Origin: Octopus bimaculoides
Taxonomy: Eukaryota
Assembly: GCF_001194135.2 (NCBI RefSeq)
Contig: NC_068991.1
Span: 43,297,062 to 43,361,061 of the forward strand
Direction: 5' to 3'
DNA length: 64,000 bases
The notes below the pieces were generated by a model. It was not told the origin of the DNA, searched no databases, and saw only the letters and a program-made list of their open reading frames with translations. Below, piece by piece: positions 25,501 to 39,800 of the stretch (positions are counted from its first letter, which is position 1; every line of letters starts with the position of its first letter). A program made the translations under genes and the position numbers.

Positions 25501-26921
25501 CAGGAGGAAATTACCTCTGTTGGCAAGAAAGATTTTCTGCCTACAAATTAAAGGCAAATTTTATGATGCAGGTGTATGAAGTGCACTCAGTACTATAAAG
25601 TGGTTGAAACACATATCAAAACCAAGACATCTGAGTGAGATATGGCCCTCTGGCTCTGTTTAACAATTGAGCCAGACTGGAACAACCTGATCAACCAATG
25701 CTAGCATGGAAAATGCATGTAAAGCAATCATGATAATGATGAATAACAAAGCTAAATAGTATATTTCACAATGCTACTTAATTGCATTTACAATAAGTTA
25801 TTTAGTTTACCCATCACAACAGATCTTAGTTATGATATAATCAATTATATGCCAATAGTTTATCCAAGAAAATAATAATATTGAATCTGGATGTGTAATG
25901 TAAGTGTACATGTTCGACAGAGTGCTAGTGTATTGAGAGAGAAGTTAGGTACAAGAGAAATTAGACGCAGTGTGCAAAAGAGAAGACTGTGCTGTTTTGG
26001 TCATGTGATGCGGATAGATGCTGACAGCTCCATAAAGAAGTGCCGATCTCTCAAAGTGGATGTAACTTGTGGAAGAGGGAAACCCATGAAGACATGGGAT
26101 GAAGTACAGAAGGATGATCTCAGGATGCTGAACTTTTCAAACAAGATGACAAAGGACTGAGATACCTGGCATCTCATCGTACTCAAGAAGACCTGTCCTC
26201 CACAACAGACGACACACTGTAAAGTGGTTGGCATTAGGAAGGGCATCCAGCCATAGAAACCAAGCTAAACCAGACTGGAACCTGGTGCAGCTCTCCTGCT
26301 TGCCAGATCTGGTCAAATTGTTCAACCTATGTCAGCATGAAAAAAAGACATTAAAGGATGATGATGATGGCAGTGATGATGAAGTACTTTTTTTAAAAAA
26401 ATGTTCCTAAATTAGGTGAGGCTCATTTTAACTGCTTTTAATAGTACTGTCAATAACTGTTATTCCAATCAACATTTTGTGTTTAAATTTATACCATTTA
26501 AAAGAGTAAAAAAAAATCAAACTTACACCATTGTGTGCATTTGTGTGTGTGTGTGCGTGCGCGCATGAACACACATGCACGTGTGTCTTATAAAACTAAT
26601 GGTACATTGGGCTATATTTCAAAAGTAGAAGAAATCGCAAGAAGGTTGGATGCAGCAGTAGGGGGAGGGAGAAAAGGAGTTAAAGTCAATAGAGGAACAT
26701 TGAAATTGACAAGCAATAATTGGAGTAATGTAAAGATGTCAAAAGTTAAATAATGATGGTTGCTAAAATACATGTAATCTTATGTCCATGCTATACAAAA
26801 GTAGTGATGAAATTATGTCTGCAGTAATTATTTTCTAATTCCAAAGAAACAGAACTACAGCAGTGAGTTTCGGACAAGACTCCCTGTAATACGTGTGTGT
26901 GTGTGTGTGTGTGTATATATG

Positions 26922-26961
<40 letters not shown>

Positions 26962-29900
26962 CGTGTGTGTGTTTGTTTAAAAAATATTTTTGGTATTTCA
27001 AGAGTTTAAACATTGGAGATAATGAAAATTTTGAAAATAAAAAGCATTTCCCAAATTGTTTTAAATACATGAGATAATGATCTTAAAAAAAAAAAAATCA
27101 ATAAATAGAAATTAAGTTAGAGTTTAAGATCAGAGATTACAGATTAGTATTTTAGCATGAGTTTAGAGTTTCAAATTAGTATTTTAGTTTAGGGTTACCC
27201 AGAGAAACAGGATTCAAAACAATCCATTTGCAAATATTTACTTTTAATCTTTTTTTCTTCTTTATTTTTAAACTGTAATCTGCTGTTTATAACAGAAACC
27301 TCACTGTAATCTAAGCAAATTATGTTGTAATATTAAGGTCAATTTCCTGTGTCTCCAGCCTGAGTGACATTGGGTATTTCAGCAAGTGGATATATGTATG
27401 TATTTACATAAATACATCAGGAAAAATGAAACTTCATCTCACATATCTTAACAAGAGAAAACAAACTACCATTTCTGGTATTTTGTATGGTATTCATATA
27501 TTTGACAGTCACCATTTCAGAGTAAGTTATTTACAGATGACTGAAGAGGGATGCTAGTTTATCTACTGCTCAAAAGGCTAGCAGTTTTTATACCTTTAAG
27601 TAGCATTGCACTTAACTCTCAACAACTCATTTGACTCTGCTACAAAATAAAACATTTACAGGTCACTTTTGTATAACTGACCAATACTTTCTTAGTTTGC
27701 TATTTTTAAACTAAACAATGTCTTGAAACACAAGAGGCCATTACTCCAGGGTAGTCTATCTGAAATCCCTACATGAAAGTGTAAATCTTCAGTGGTGGTC
27801 CAATGACCCAATATATTTTTCAGCTGGAGGATGTCCCCTCATTAATACATACTAAGTATTTCAGGATAATTAATGATTTCCAGTTTTGTGAATGACAACT
27901 GCTATAATTCAAAGTTCTGTCATGACTATTGATGAAATGTAAGAAGGAATACAATTTAGAATGCTATTTTGGAGTATATAGTAATTTTAGTCAGTTTTAA
28001 TTTGCCAGACTTGTATCCTTTGGAAGAGTTTTCATTAGTAGATTAACATCAGATGTAAGGATTATGCCAAAGAAAAAAAAAATCCTGAGATAATGGCCAA
28101 CATTTAAACAGACAGACATAACAACACAAAACAACATTTAGTCATGCATGTTATAACCAGACATAACAGTTATTCTAAAAATCATCACTCATAGTTAGAA
28201 ATCTTAATATAATAAACAAAAGAATTAAATTTTGAAAACTTTCTTTTGATTTATTTTTAATGGTATCATTAGACATTATTAAGCTCCTTAATTAGAAGGT
28301 TACCAATGAAATGCATGTTTTCTAAACATTCATATATACAAAATTGTAATATCCATTTTTTGCATGAGTTGGACAGGTACATTACAAGATCTTTCTGAGC
28401 AGCTCAGTCTCATTATATCTTGTCTGCACACCTAATCTTTATAAGAATACACCAACCATGTTTCTTTTATATTAGTTACTAAATCTAGCTTTACATCTTA
28501 TTTGTACAACTGTCCATGCCATCAAACTGAGCTCCTTTTGCATAGGATTGGTTGATATTTTTTGATGCCTGGTCACTTTCCTATACAAACACACACTTTA
28601 TAATCATTTAATTAAAGAGAATACTCAATACATGATGAAGAGTTTATATTTATTAGAAGGCTGCTAATGATTCACTCTATTGCTACTCAGTTTCACTTAT
28701 CAGGCAACATTGAAGTGAAGTGTGTGTGTGTGTATTGACAAAAATCAATACAACTAAAATTTTTGGTAAAAATTAATTAAATGAAACAAAATTTTAAAAT
28801 AGGTCTACAATTTCTGAAATATTTGGCAATGCCCCAAATTCCAAGTAAAATAAACATTTCTTAAATTTAATATGTAGTTTTAAGAGTTATAAAGAAGAAT
28901 AGGAAACTAGTAGTCNNNNNNNNNNAAAGCATTATCATAAACATTTTTCATTAAGAAATTACTATATCCTGATAACCCTTATAGTTTGATGAAGAACGAT
29001 TGTGAGTCTTAGAAAAAAATGTATTTGAGCTTGAGTGGCATTTGGACAAAAGTGGAACATTTTTTTCAATAAGAGTTAAAGCGAAGTTATTTCATTACAA
29101 GAGAACTTAATACTGCAAACCCATATCTCATGTCTTAAAATCTCAGTCTAAAAAATATTAGAGTTATTATGTTAGCTTTATTTTGTAAATAAATACGAAT
29201 CAATTTAATTTCCTACTTTTGAGGGATATGAAATTATTCATTTAGACTAGAAATATATGAAATTTCCAAATTTCTTTTTAAATGGTAAAACTATTGATGA
29301 AGGCAAACTATTTAAAAATACAGTTATAGAATTTTTTGGTATAATATGAATTGCTGACAGAAGTTGAGGATAAAAACGGTTTACTATAGAAATTTTAATG
29401 ATAGTATGGTGCACCACTAAGTTCATAAAGAAATGAGTTTGTGACCTGATTTGATTACCAAGTAGAACAACTTTCCATTTAATAAGGCAAAGATGTTAAG
29501 ACTTCCTATTACCTTACTGCCTACTCTTTTATAAATCTGTGACTATGTAAAGTAACATGTATCATAGAAAAGTTTGAAAATCTTTTAAACTGTTTTTTAA
29601 AACAATGTGGTTGTCATGCAGTAATAAAATTTGTTATAAGGGAAAAATAATGCACACACACACATTTGAATGAATAAAGAATCAAAATTGGATTAAATAG
29701 AGATCAAAAATAAATCAAAGCAGTGAACAGAAGAAAGAACTAAGAAACAAACAAGAGAACACTTGAGAGATTTTAAAAGACACAAATGGGATGCTATAAA
29801 TATTCTAATACAAATCTAAAACTGAACATAAAACAAATGTAAATAAAACAAAATACCTTTTCTAGTAACCAAAAAGAAAACTCCTAAAGAGAAAATATGG

Positions 29901-32900
29901 AAAAATATAATAAAATAAAAAGAGAACCAAAGAGAAGAGCTAAATTCTAGGTAATATAGCTGAGTCCTACCTCCTAGAGAGTATGTGCCATCTCTACTAG
30001 CAGAATCAAAGTTCACAAGGTCTTCACTAGATCTGGAACCTGAGAACACAAAATATAAAAAAATTTAAATTACTGAAAACTTTTTGGCAGGCAGTCTCCA
30101 AAGCAGAAATTATACCAGTTGAAGAAACTAAGGTTGCAAATACAATTACAGAACATATTCACATGCACATACAGTGAGAGAGATATGCTAAACTGGTAGA
30201 GTAGAAGGATAAGATTAATTGATAATTTATCATGCATTTACAGTATATTAATCTCATTATGTTAACATCAAGTAAACCATGACAGTTCTAAAAATAAACA
30301 TCTCAATAAATATAAACAAACAAAACCAAAACAGAAAACAAAAAAGTTAACGTTTAATTTTTTATGTAGCAAGACAGTAAAAAAAACCTGTTCTGAGGCC
30401 ACAAATAGTTTTAAAGTTTTATGAAGAATTTTGTAATTTCATTATAGTCAGCAGCATATTTTAAAAGTGAAACATAATTCATGAAGAAGTTATATAACTA
30501 TTAATTAGGTGTGGTTGGTTACCAAATAATTTTAGGAGATGAAGTTGTAAATTGTTAGCAATGAGAACTTAAATTATTGTCAAGAAACCAAAACATCCTG
30601 GAGTAAATTAAATTTATTTTATCAAAATAAACTATACAAAATACATGAAGGTTTCAGAAATGTAAAACCCACAGATTTTATCATATTTTGATAATATGTG
30701 TTTTAATATATCTCCTCAAATTAAAATGTTGATCGTGTTGTGTATATATATAAATGTAAAATAACTTTGTTACTTAAAAGCTTCTTAATAAATGGTAGTA
30801 AAATATATAGTTTACTATAACAGGAAAAACTGAGAATGTTACCTCTAACATTGTTGGAGTCCAGTTTGTAAAACAACAGAGTTGTTGACATCATAAAGCT
30901 TTTGTTTTGCTTGACAAATGAAACCTCATGAGCTTTTTCATTTGTTTTCTGTACTTTGGCTGGAGGGAAGAGTACTTCAGAATAAACATACTAGGATGTT
31001 TATTATATCTAACACTAAATGTGCAACTAAAGATTAATGCAACAGAAAGAGGAAAACAATGCTACATTTGAAATTTTGTGGATGAAAGGAAATTAAGTAA
31101 ATATCAGAAGAAAAAAAAATGTCATAATCATTCAACTGATCCAAATATAACTGAAAAGTAATATTTAATGACATGCACTGTAATACTAACAACAGATGCT
31201 ACATCTACTTTACTGTTAAGCAGCCAGTGATAAGAAAGGCAACCACAGTGTAAAGATAGTTGCTTGAACAATATACAAATATCCACATTTATACTACCTC
31301 ACTAATGCTATCACAAAAGCAATGGATACACACTAGTACCTCGGTTTTCGAACATTTCTGATCATGAATAAATCATGCTTCATCTCCTGTGTATCTCATA
31401 TTCATTTAATACAGTAGTACCTCGGTTTACAATCACCTCTGATCACAAATAAATTATGCTTTATATGTAACTATATATANNNNNNNNNNTGTATTACATA
31501 CAAATGTTATGCAATGTTATAAAATAAATTTAAAGCCAATTCACTTCAGACATTTTCATTTCAACACAAATTAGTAGACAAGGAAGAAATGCTTTTCTGC
31601 CCATCAAAATTCTCTGAAGCTAAGCCAGGCACGTAGCCATGGGGAGGGGGGAACTATGGGGTGCTCAGCACCCCCAGTTAGAATCTCAGACCACCCCCTC
31701 CAGTATGAGAATTTGCTTTATCCACTTTTGAAATAATACATTGTTGTCGCCTTCTTTTTTCTCATAAGCAATATCTGAAGTTGCTAAAGATGCAATAAAT
31801 TGAATTTTGATTTAGTAGTTAGTGATATGAAAATGTGGGTAAATTAGAGCTTGTTTGTATTAGTGTTTGTTGTAGCTGTAATTGTTGTTGCAGAATTGGC
31901 TGCTGATCTGGTCATCAACTGTGGGTTGAATTAAGAAGTGGCTGACACTGGGTCAATTGTTGTTGTTATTGTTGAAAGTATGTGAAGAATTGTTGCTGTA
32001 AGAAATTTATGGTAGTAAACGCATCACTACACATGTTTATATAAGAACAGAGATGGGCATCAAAAAGCCATTTTATTTCTACTAGTCAGAGGGGATTATT
32101 ATTTGTGAAAAAGGAAAGAAATTTTTGAAATTTCCCAAAATATACATTCAGAAAGGATTTTTCAGGTGAGAACTTTCACTGAATAATTTTTCTTATTCTT
32201 TGAACAAAGTTTATACTGAAATCATTTTGTGTTAAACTAAAAAAGCATAGAAATATTAATAATTCTAAATCTCTCTTAAGGAGACTACGGCAGCAGTACT
32301 GGATATTAATAGTTATTAATAAAATAACAATTAATAAAAAAGCATAACTTTGATGAAATTGAAAAAAAAAATTGCTTGAACTGAAATCTCTTACGAGTTT
32401 AATTTAAAAGTACATAAATTTTAAGAAATTGTTACTCTTACTACGATATTCTACCTTAGAATTAATTATTGCGAATATTAGTGCCCAAAAGTAATGAATC
32501 ACTACCGAAAAAAAGAGAACTGAAGCAATCATTGCTGAATTTCCAATTTGATTCATCTAATAATGCTAAACAGAAGAGGATTGCAAACGAAGTTTCACAG
32601 CTCAAGGGAGGTCTTGCAAAGTCTTTGACACCCTCATTGGATGATCTAGGACAGGTCGACAGTGCAGCCAGTTCTAGCAAAGTTTGATCCAAAAATTTAT
32701 GGAAATCAGAGATGTGACTTCTTGTCAAGCTGGTATACTGGTTGTCCATGGTTAGAGTATTCTCTTTCAAAGAAAGCCTTATTTTGTCTTGCTTGTCGGC
32801 ACTTTAATACTTCTGCTCAAGCTGATAATTGTTTTATTACAAATGGATATTCTAATTGGCCTCATGCAAAAGAAAAAAAACAAAGGTTTAAATAAACATG

Positions 32901-35900
32901 CAAACTCTGCATCCCATATCCAAGCTATGGTAACATGGAAGGAATGCCAACAACGTTTATCCACAACAACATCCATGTCTTCAATTTTGCAAAATGATCA
33001 GTTGAGCAAAAACCGTTATTATATCAGTTCCATTGTTGATATTGTTCATTTTTTTTGTGCAAATGAATTGCCTTTTCGAGGAAACAAAAATGAAGCTTTT
33101 CAGGATCTTTATTCGGAAGATGACACGCAGCCTTGTGGTCTTTTTATGAAATTATTTCAGTATACATTAGAGAAGGACTCAAAGCTAATGGAATGTTACA
33201 GCATGATTCCAAAAAATGTGACCTAAACCTCAGCAGCAATGTAAAATGAAATCATCAAATTGTTGAGAAGACACAGTCAGCCTCGTGATCGATGAAATAA
33301 AATGTTCTGATGTTCCTTATTTTATGCTGAAATGTGACGGAACACGTGATTTGAGTAATACTGAAAATCTTGCAATTGTTATTGAAAAATGGCAGGGTTC
33401 TGGAAAAGTTAGTTGTGATGCCAACTACTCAACATTACGATGCTGAAACATTGGCTGACTTGATAATTAAGGAATTAACCAACCTTTGCACTGACCCAAA
33501 GCGTATGTTGTCACAATGCTATGATGGTGCTTCTGTAATGTCTGGCAAAATAGGTGGCGTTCAAAGAAAGATTCAGAATCGACTTGAGAAATATATACCC
33601 TATGTTCATTGTCTTAATCATTAGTTGCATCTTGTCATGATTAACACAATAAAGCAGATTCCGGAGTTAGCTACGTTCTTCAACACCGTTAATATTCTTC
33701 ATAATTTTATTAAATGGCCAAAGATAGCTAGTCTCTGCAAAGGATTGAAGTTGCCACATTTTATGGAGCATAGGTGGTTGGGTCATTTCACTGCCATTGC
33801 TTCTGTAATAGAAAATCACTCCAAAATTGTTGGTTTGCTAACCGAATGCACAGATTCGTCCGATTCAAAAACGTGTAAAGAGGCAAGAGGAATTTTACAT
33901 CAAGTTCATTCCCCAAGGTTTGTTTTTCTAGCCCTTGTTCTTAGCAAATTTCTGCATATCATTAGACCAGTAGACAAACAGCTTTAGAGTCACAAATGTG
34001 ATATATACCATGGCCTTGGGCTTCTTAAGATTGCCAAGAGTGAAATAACCAAACTGAGAAACTCTTTAATATTTGATGAGATTCTAAAACAAAAGAGTCA
34101 ATTTAATATAATTGAGGAACACATGCATCGAAAAGATTGCAGATCCTGACGTTTTTCAGATTATGTTGTTGAAGTGCTGGTACCATCACAAGATGACNNN
34201 NNNNNNNNNNNNNNNNNNNNNNNNNNNNNNNNNNNNNNNNNNNNNNNNNNNNNNNNNNNNNNNNNNNNNNNNNNNNNNNNNNNNNNNNNNNNNAAAACAA
34301 TAGTATATATTCTTCCTTGGCAAGTCTACAACCAATGTTCGAAACATTTTTGGATTTTGATGCTTTAAAACCTTTGAGCAATTTAGTTAATTGCGATAAA
34401 TCGGCCTTACTTTCTGAACTTACTGTGGCTAAAGCATACACTTCCAAACAAAATATGATGACACTGCTTGATATTTTTGGATCTTTACGTATTGTACAGG
34501 TTGCCTTTCCAAATGTTTATCTTTTGTATGGTGCAGCATTAACATTTGGATCTAGCACAGCTACATGTGAATCATCGTTTTTGACGCTAACTCGAATTAT
34601 GACACCCTTTCGACGAAATATGAAGCACCAGCAAAAATCAAACCTCGTGATACTTGCTTCCCTTAATAAATACAAATCAAGTATAAAGAAGGACGATTTT
34701 CTTAAATTTTTTGCCTTGCGTTGCCGTAGATTGCAGTTGTATTAAATAAATGTAACCTAATTTTATTTTGTGTTCTGAATTTTTTTGAGATACTTGTTCC
34801 GTACAGTTCTCGTACGACATAATAAAATAATACATTAAATCCATTTGATGGTACTAGATGCTTGTCTGCTCACCAGTACTACTTCAACTCCTGAGTCGAC
34901 ACATTGCTCATGAGCTGTCGGGTCACGACCGACCTGCCTTAGGGGTGTTCTATTTCCACACAACAGAGACATAATCAAATTTTATAAACAGTATGGTTTT
35001 TAGAGTTCTGTTCAGCAGGTGTAATACAAAAGACCCTTAGGAAAAATGCCCCCTAAGACAAAAGCCCCTCAATCAAACCACCCCATAGTTAAAGTATGAA
35101 AGTGCTTTTTTTGTTTTTTTTACAACTGCAGTTTCCGTTTTTGTTTATTTGAAATTATATGAAAATAATGTTTAAAGATTTGGCTGTTATCTCTGGCATG
35201 TGGAAAGACCTTTTCTGCTTAACTATGTGCTTGTTGAAAACATTAAAAAAAATATTAGAGTCGATACATTCGACTAAAAATTCTTTGAGGTGATACCCCA
35301 GCATGGCCTCAGTTTAATGATTGCAACAAGTAAAATGAAAATAAAAATGAAATATATCAGAAGTTTTGACCAGGCTAAGCATCAAGAAATGTGGAAAAAC
35401 CCCAAAAAATATAAGCATGGGGCTTTTGTCCACTTTCACACTTTAAGTAGGGGCTTTTGTCCGTACCCCTGTTCAGCACCACCAGCTATCAAGATAGCAC
35501 CCCTAGTTGCAATCGGCTGGCTACGTGGCTGAAGCTACGCAGAATTCTATGATCTTAAAATAAGAAAAACAAAAATATACTCCAGTTCTATATTTAAGAG
35601 ATGAGGAATTATGTACATTATTTACATTCAATGGATATTTGTCCTCATCTTGTTTGTTGTTAACACAACGTTTTGGCTGATATACCCTCCAGCCTTCTTC
35701 AGGTGTCTTGGGGAAATTTCGAACTACTTGGAATTGAAATCAGAATCTTGCAATTTCGATTCCAAGTAGTGACCTGAACAATAACAATAATAATAATAAT
35801 AATAACATTGAAAAATACCTTAGGAATGAGAACCCAGGTTCGAAATTTCCCCAAAACACCTGAAGAAGGTTGGAGGGTCTGAAACGTTGTGTTAACAACA

Positions 35901-36183
35901 AACAAGATGAGGACAAATATCCGTTGAATGTAAATAATGTAAATAAAAACACTCATATTAAAATATTCTTCTATTCATTAAAGTTTTGTTTCAATCTTAT
36001 TTAAAAATTCTATTGAGGAAAGAGGTTTGAGCATATTTAGATAAAGTTTATTGTGGATAAAATCCTAGAAGTGATAATATTTTCCTCTCCAAGTTACTTC
36101 TATTCAAAAGTCAACTGCTTTAACATCTAAGCTATCGAATACCCCTGACAACAAGCATGCTCTTTAATGTTTTAATTCAAAGT

Positions 36184-36221
<38 letters not shown>

Positions 36222-36839
36222 AGCTTCACAGTTGATATAGTATAAAGGGATCTGGATAAGTTTACTTACCTCTGTTACCTAAAAGAATAACAAGAGCACA
36301 GAATGGCAGTGAATTTATTGAAAGACAACCAATAAAAGAGTTGCCATTGGAAAATGATATCAAACAGAAATATATGTTTAAAAGGAAAGGTAAAAAACTA
36401 GAATTGGCTTTTGGCTTTTTTTCTCAAAATAAATATGGCAAGAAGTATTCACAGTATTATACTATATTTATAAAGACTATATTTATAAAGAAAATTGGAC
36501 AGATCTTTTGTAACTGGAAGGGATCATATCAATCTTGTCTCCAACAGTATAAAGACACAATCACTGCACTTATCAGGAAAACACTAACTTCATCACTTGG
36601 ATGAATAAATACACAACAAAACCCTTCAAAGTTGCTACCAATGCTACTCCTTACAATCACCAACCTTTTCAGGCAATCCAAACACTCTGTACAAAGTGAG
36701 ACCCACAATGAAATACTGTTCTCACATTTTAGACTGTGGAGATAGAACACATGGATGTTAGATCACATCCAAAAGAAGTTCAAACTGATTGGTGTTACTC
36801 ATCAACATACTCCACTATAGGCCTTCAGATGTGCTCACT

Positions 36840-36894
<55 letters not shown>

Positions 36895-39800
36895 AGTAGT
36901 AAATAACACTTTTAGTTGTTGTATTCTTCTTCAAAAATTCTGGAGCAAGAGTGTTGACTTGATAGTAGATTTAACAAAATACTGTTGAGAAGTAAGTCCT
37001 TGAATCATAGCTGGTTAATCATGTGTACCCACCACACCTAGGTCCACCTGACTCACTTATTTTATGTTTACCCTCCTCAGTCCCACACTAACCATTATTC
37101 TCTCACCTATGTGCTATCCCTCTTAAATTACCTCTTTGCCCTATGACATTGAAATGTAAGAATTACCCTAACATTTTCCCTTTCTCCTAGACTAAATTAT
37201 TAAAAGCTCATGAATATCCAAGGTCTACATTCAAATAAATTAGGAAAAAAGAGTTTGCAATATGGTTTTAATAAGTAGTTACTGAATTAAGATTTTTTAA
37301 AATATTGATTCAGTTATAATCTTAGCAAAGTCATATATGTTAAAACAATCATCTTGCCTCAATTATTATTAATGAATGCCTCAGATTTCAAAATGTCATG
37401 CAATGAGTATGTGAGCAACAGATATTCATTAAATGATATAAAATTATGATATTACACATCCTTTTTTTTTCTTTGCATAAAATCTTTTTAGCAATTACTA
37501 TAGACAAACATAAATCAAATTCCATTATTCTACTTTTAAAAATAATGCAAACTATTTTTAAAGAATTATGAAAATTATATATTTTTTTGCCCTATGTATT
37601 GATCAATGTTTATAATGGGAAGAGTTTATTGAATTGATTTGAGTGAATTATAAGTATTTATTGCAACAATGCTATATAAATAAAAGGTACAGTTACTCCA
37701 GTTAGGATTTGAATTCAGAATATTGAAGTATTTAGATAGGAATAAAAACTTATTGTGTGTGTGTGTTATGCTATTAATTACTGGTTATTTGTTCCTATGA
37801 ATATTGATCATGATATAAGGAGAAGAGAACAGGTTGTGTATTACAGATGCTAATTTCATCATTTATCTTAGTGAGAAAGAAAATAAAAAAGTCACTGCCA
37901 GATAGATTTGAATAACAATGAAATAAGATATATTGATGCCTGCTGCAAACATATTGGTAATTTATATAAAGTTTCCACAATAATAATAACAAAAATATTA
38001 ACAAGGTGGATTAGAGTACAAACAAAAAGTTTTTAAAAAATAAAAATAAATAAAACAAACATACATGCTTTTAATTAAAGTTATTAGTAATATGTTAAAA
38101 ATAAGGGAATGTTGTTAATATTAGAAAATGAGAAAAGAAAAGTATCAAAATAAAGACTAAATCTGAAGAATGTAGAAAACCAGAGGCAGAAAATTATCAC
38201 TATCTAAGTATAGACTTACATAAAATTCGACAAATTTAATTTTGAAAAATATTGAAAATTAAACTAGCATACATACAAGATACAGACCATCAAAAAATGA
38301 ATGAGACCTTCTCAAACAAATACAGGAATACAAACGTACATGAGATTCTAAAGGTGGAAATTTTGAATATGACAGTAGTTAATGAATTTGTTTCAATGTA
38401 AAAATTGAAGTAATTCAAGTATAATTCTACAAGAATAGTATCACATGATACTTTGCTACACTAGAGTAAAAATCCACACAGTTTGTGAATGGGTGCTAAA
38501 TTAATTATTCTTATTTTTTATCTGTTATAATCCTTGCAGGTTCTCCTATACCAGTGAAGTTTATGGTGTTTGATACTTAAGTGACATTTGAAGAGAAACA
38601 GAACGAAACTTTGTTTAAAAAATTATCAGAACCGAAACCATCAGAAATTTTTTAACTTAAAAGACACAAGGAATTCAACATTAGTGAAATATATATGGTT
38701 GAAAAAAAAAAAAATGATGGGCCAAAACTTCCATTATAATAAATTACCATGAAAGGAACTTGAAAGAGATGATAGGGAGCTGAAAAGTTCCTGGCTTTGG
38801 GTAAAAGAAAATACAAGAGGATCAGTTAATTATGATTTTATTCAAGATATTCCCCTCTAAGATTCACATACTTATTGCAGTGGTCCTTCAGTTTTTCTAA
38901 GCCCTGTAAAAAAAAAAAACACTCAGAAGGTTGGGCCTCCAACCAGGCCTCTTTTCATGATACCCTTAAAGCCAGGAACTTTTCAGCACCCCTTCATAAT
39001 AGTAAAATGGAATTTGATCTTTGAAATTAACCCACTTAATACAAAGCTGCCTGACACTGCCTCTGGTTCTATAGTACTAACTTCCTGTTGTAAAGTTATC
39101 TAAAAGCCTCCTATCAAAATTTCATGTTAATTTATATTCCATACACCAGAAATATGGTAACAAAAAGGTTGATGCACAGTTTAGTCTAACAGTTACTGAG
39201 AGAAATTTTATTATCATTGAAATTAACTTAGCCCAAGAGGATGTTGTGGAGTGGATAAGAGTGGTCAATAGCTAAAAAGAATCTTATTGATAAAACTATG
39301 GTATCTGATAACCAAGTGAAATAAAATACACATATCACAAATGACAGTTCTAGGAATAACTTGCTTCAAAATTATTTATATATATAAGATGCTTCCTTGA
39401 AATGAATACTGCAGTTTTCTGGCTTTCTATAGTATATCCATGTTTATATATATATATATATATATATNNNNNNNNNNNNNNNNNNNNNNNNNNNNNNNNN
39501 NNATATATATGTTACATACATACACCTCCTACTGATCATTCTCGCCCAACATGGACATACGTATTTCGTACCATTCTCTAAAATAATTTCTTTCCTGTCT
39601 GTATCTCTTGTACCTAGTTGCAATGGCTACTCACTGCTATCTCTCTTACTCCCTTAGGGTAAAGTCTGCCATCTGTGTCCATTTCCAGCCGTCGCCTCCA
39701 CACCTGTTCCCCCTCCCCCTCTCAGACTTTCGTTAGTTTATTCCATGTGTTTGGCTGTTTGATGACTCGAAAATATGCACAGCTAAGTTAAAAATTTTTC

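Larger units (their letters stand above)
31626..35531 (+). mobile_element. Near full-length hAT (Tip100/ZMYM1-like) DNA transposon, inactivated
   Basis: 14-bp TIRs CAGGCACGTAGCCA (31626-31639) and TGGCTACGTGGCTG (35518-35531), 13/14 match; flanking AAGCTAAGC / AAGCTACGC; internal transposase relic. Confidence 0.9.
35612..35941. mobile_element. Penelope-like inverted terminal-repeat pair (~110-bp arms)
   Basis: Arm at about 35612-35725 is the reverse complement of about 35838-35941; (AAT)n spacer; each arm holds a hammerhead core. Confidence 0.75.

Noticed and set aside
36529-36750. 73-aa minus-strand ORF within a CCDC88 intron
   Set aside because: No phase-compatible splice sites and no recognisable homology.
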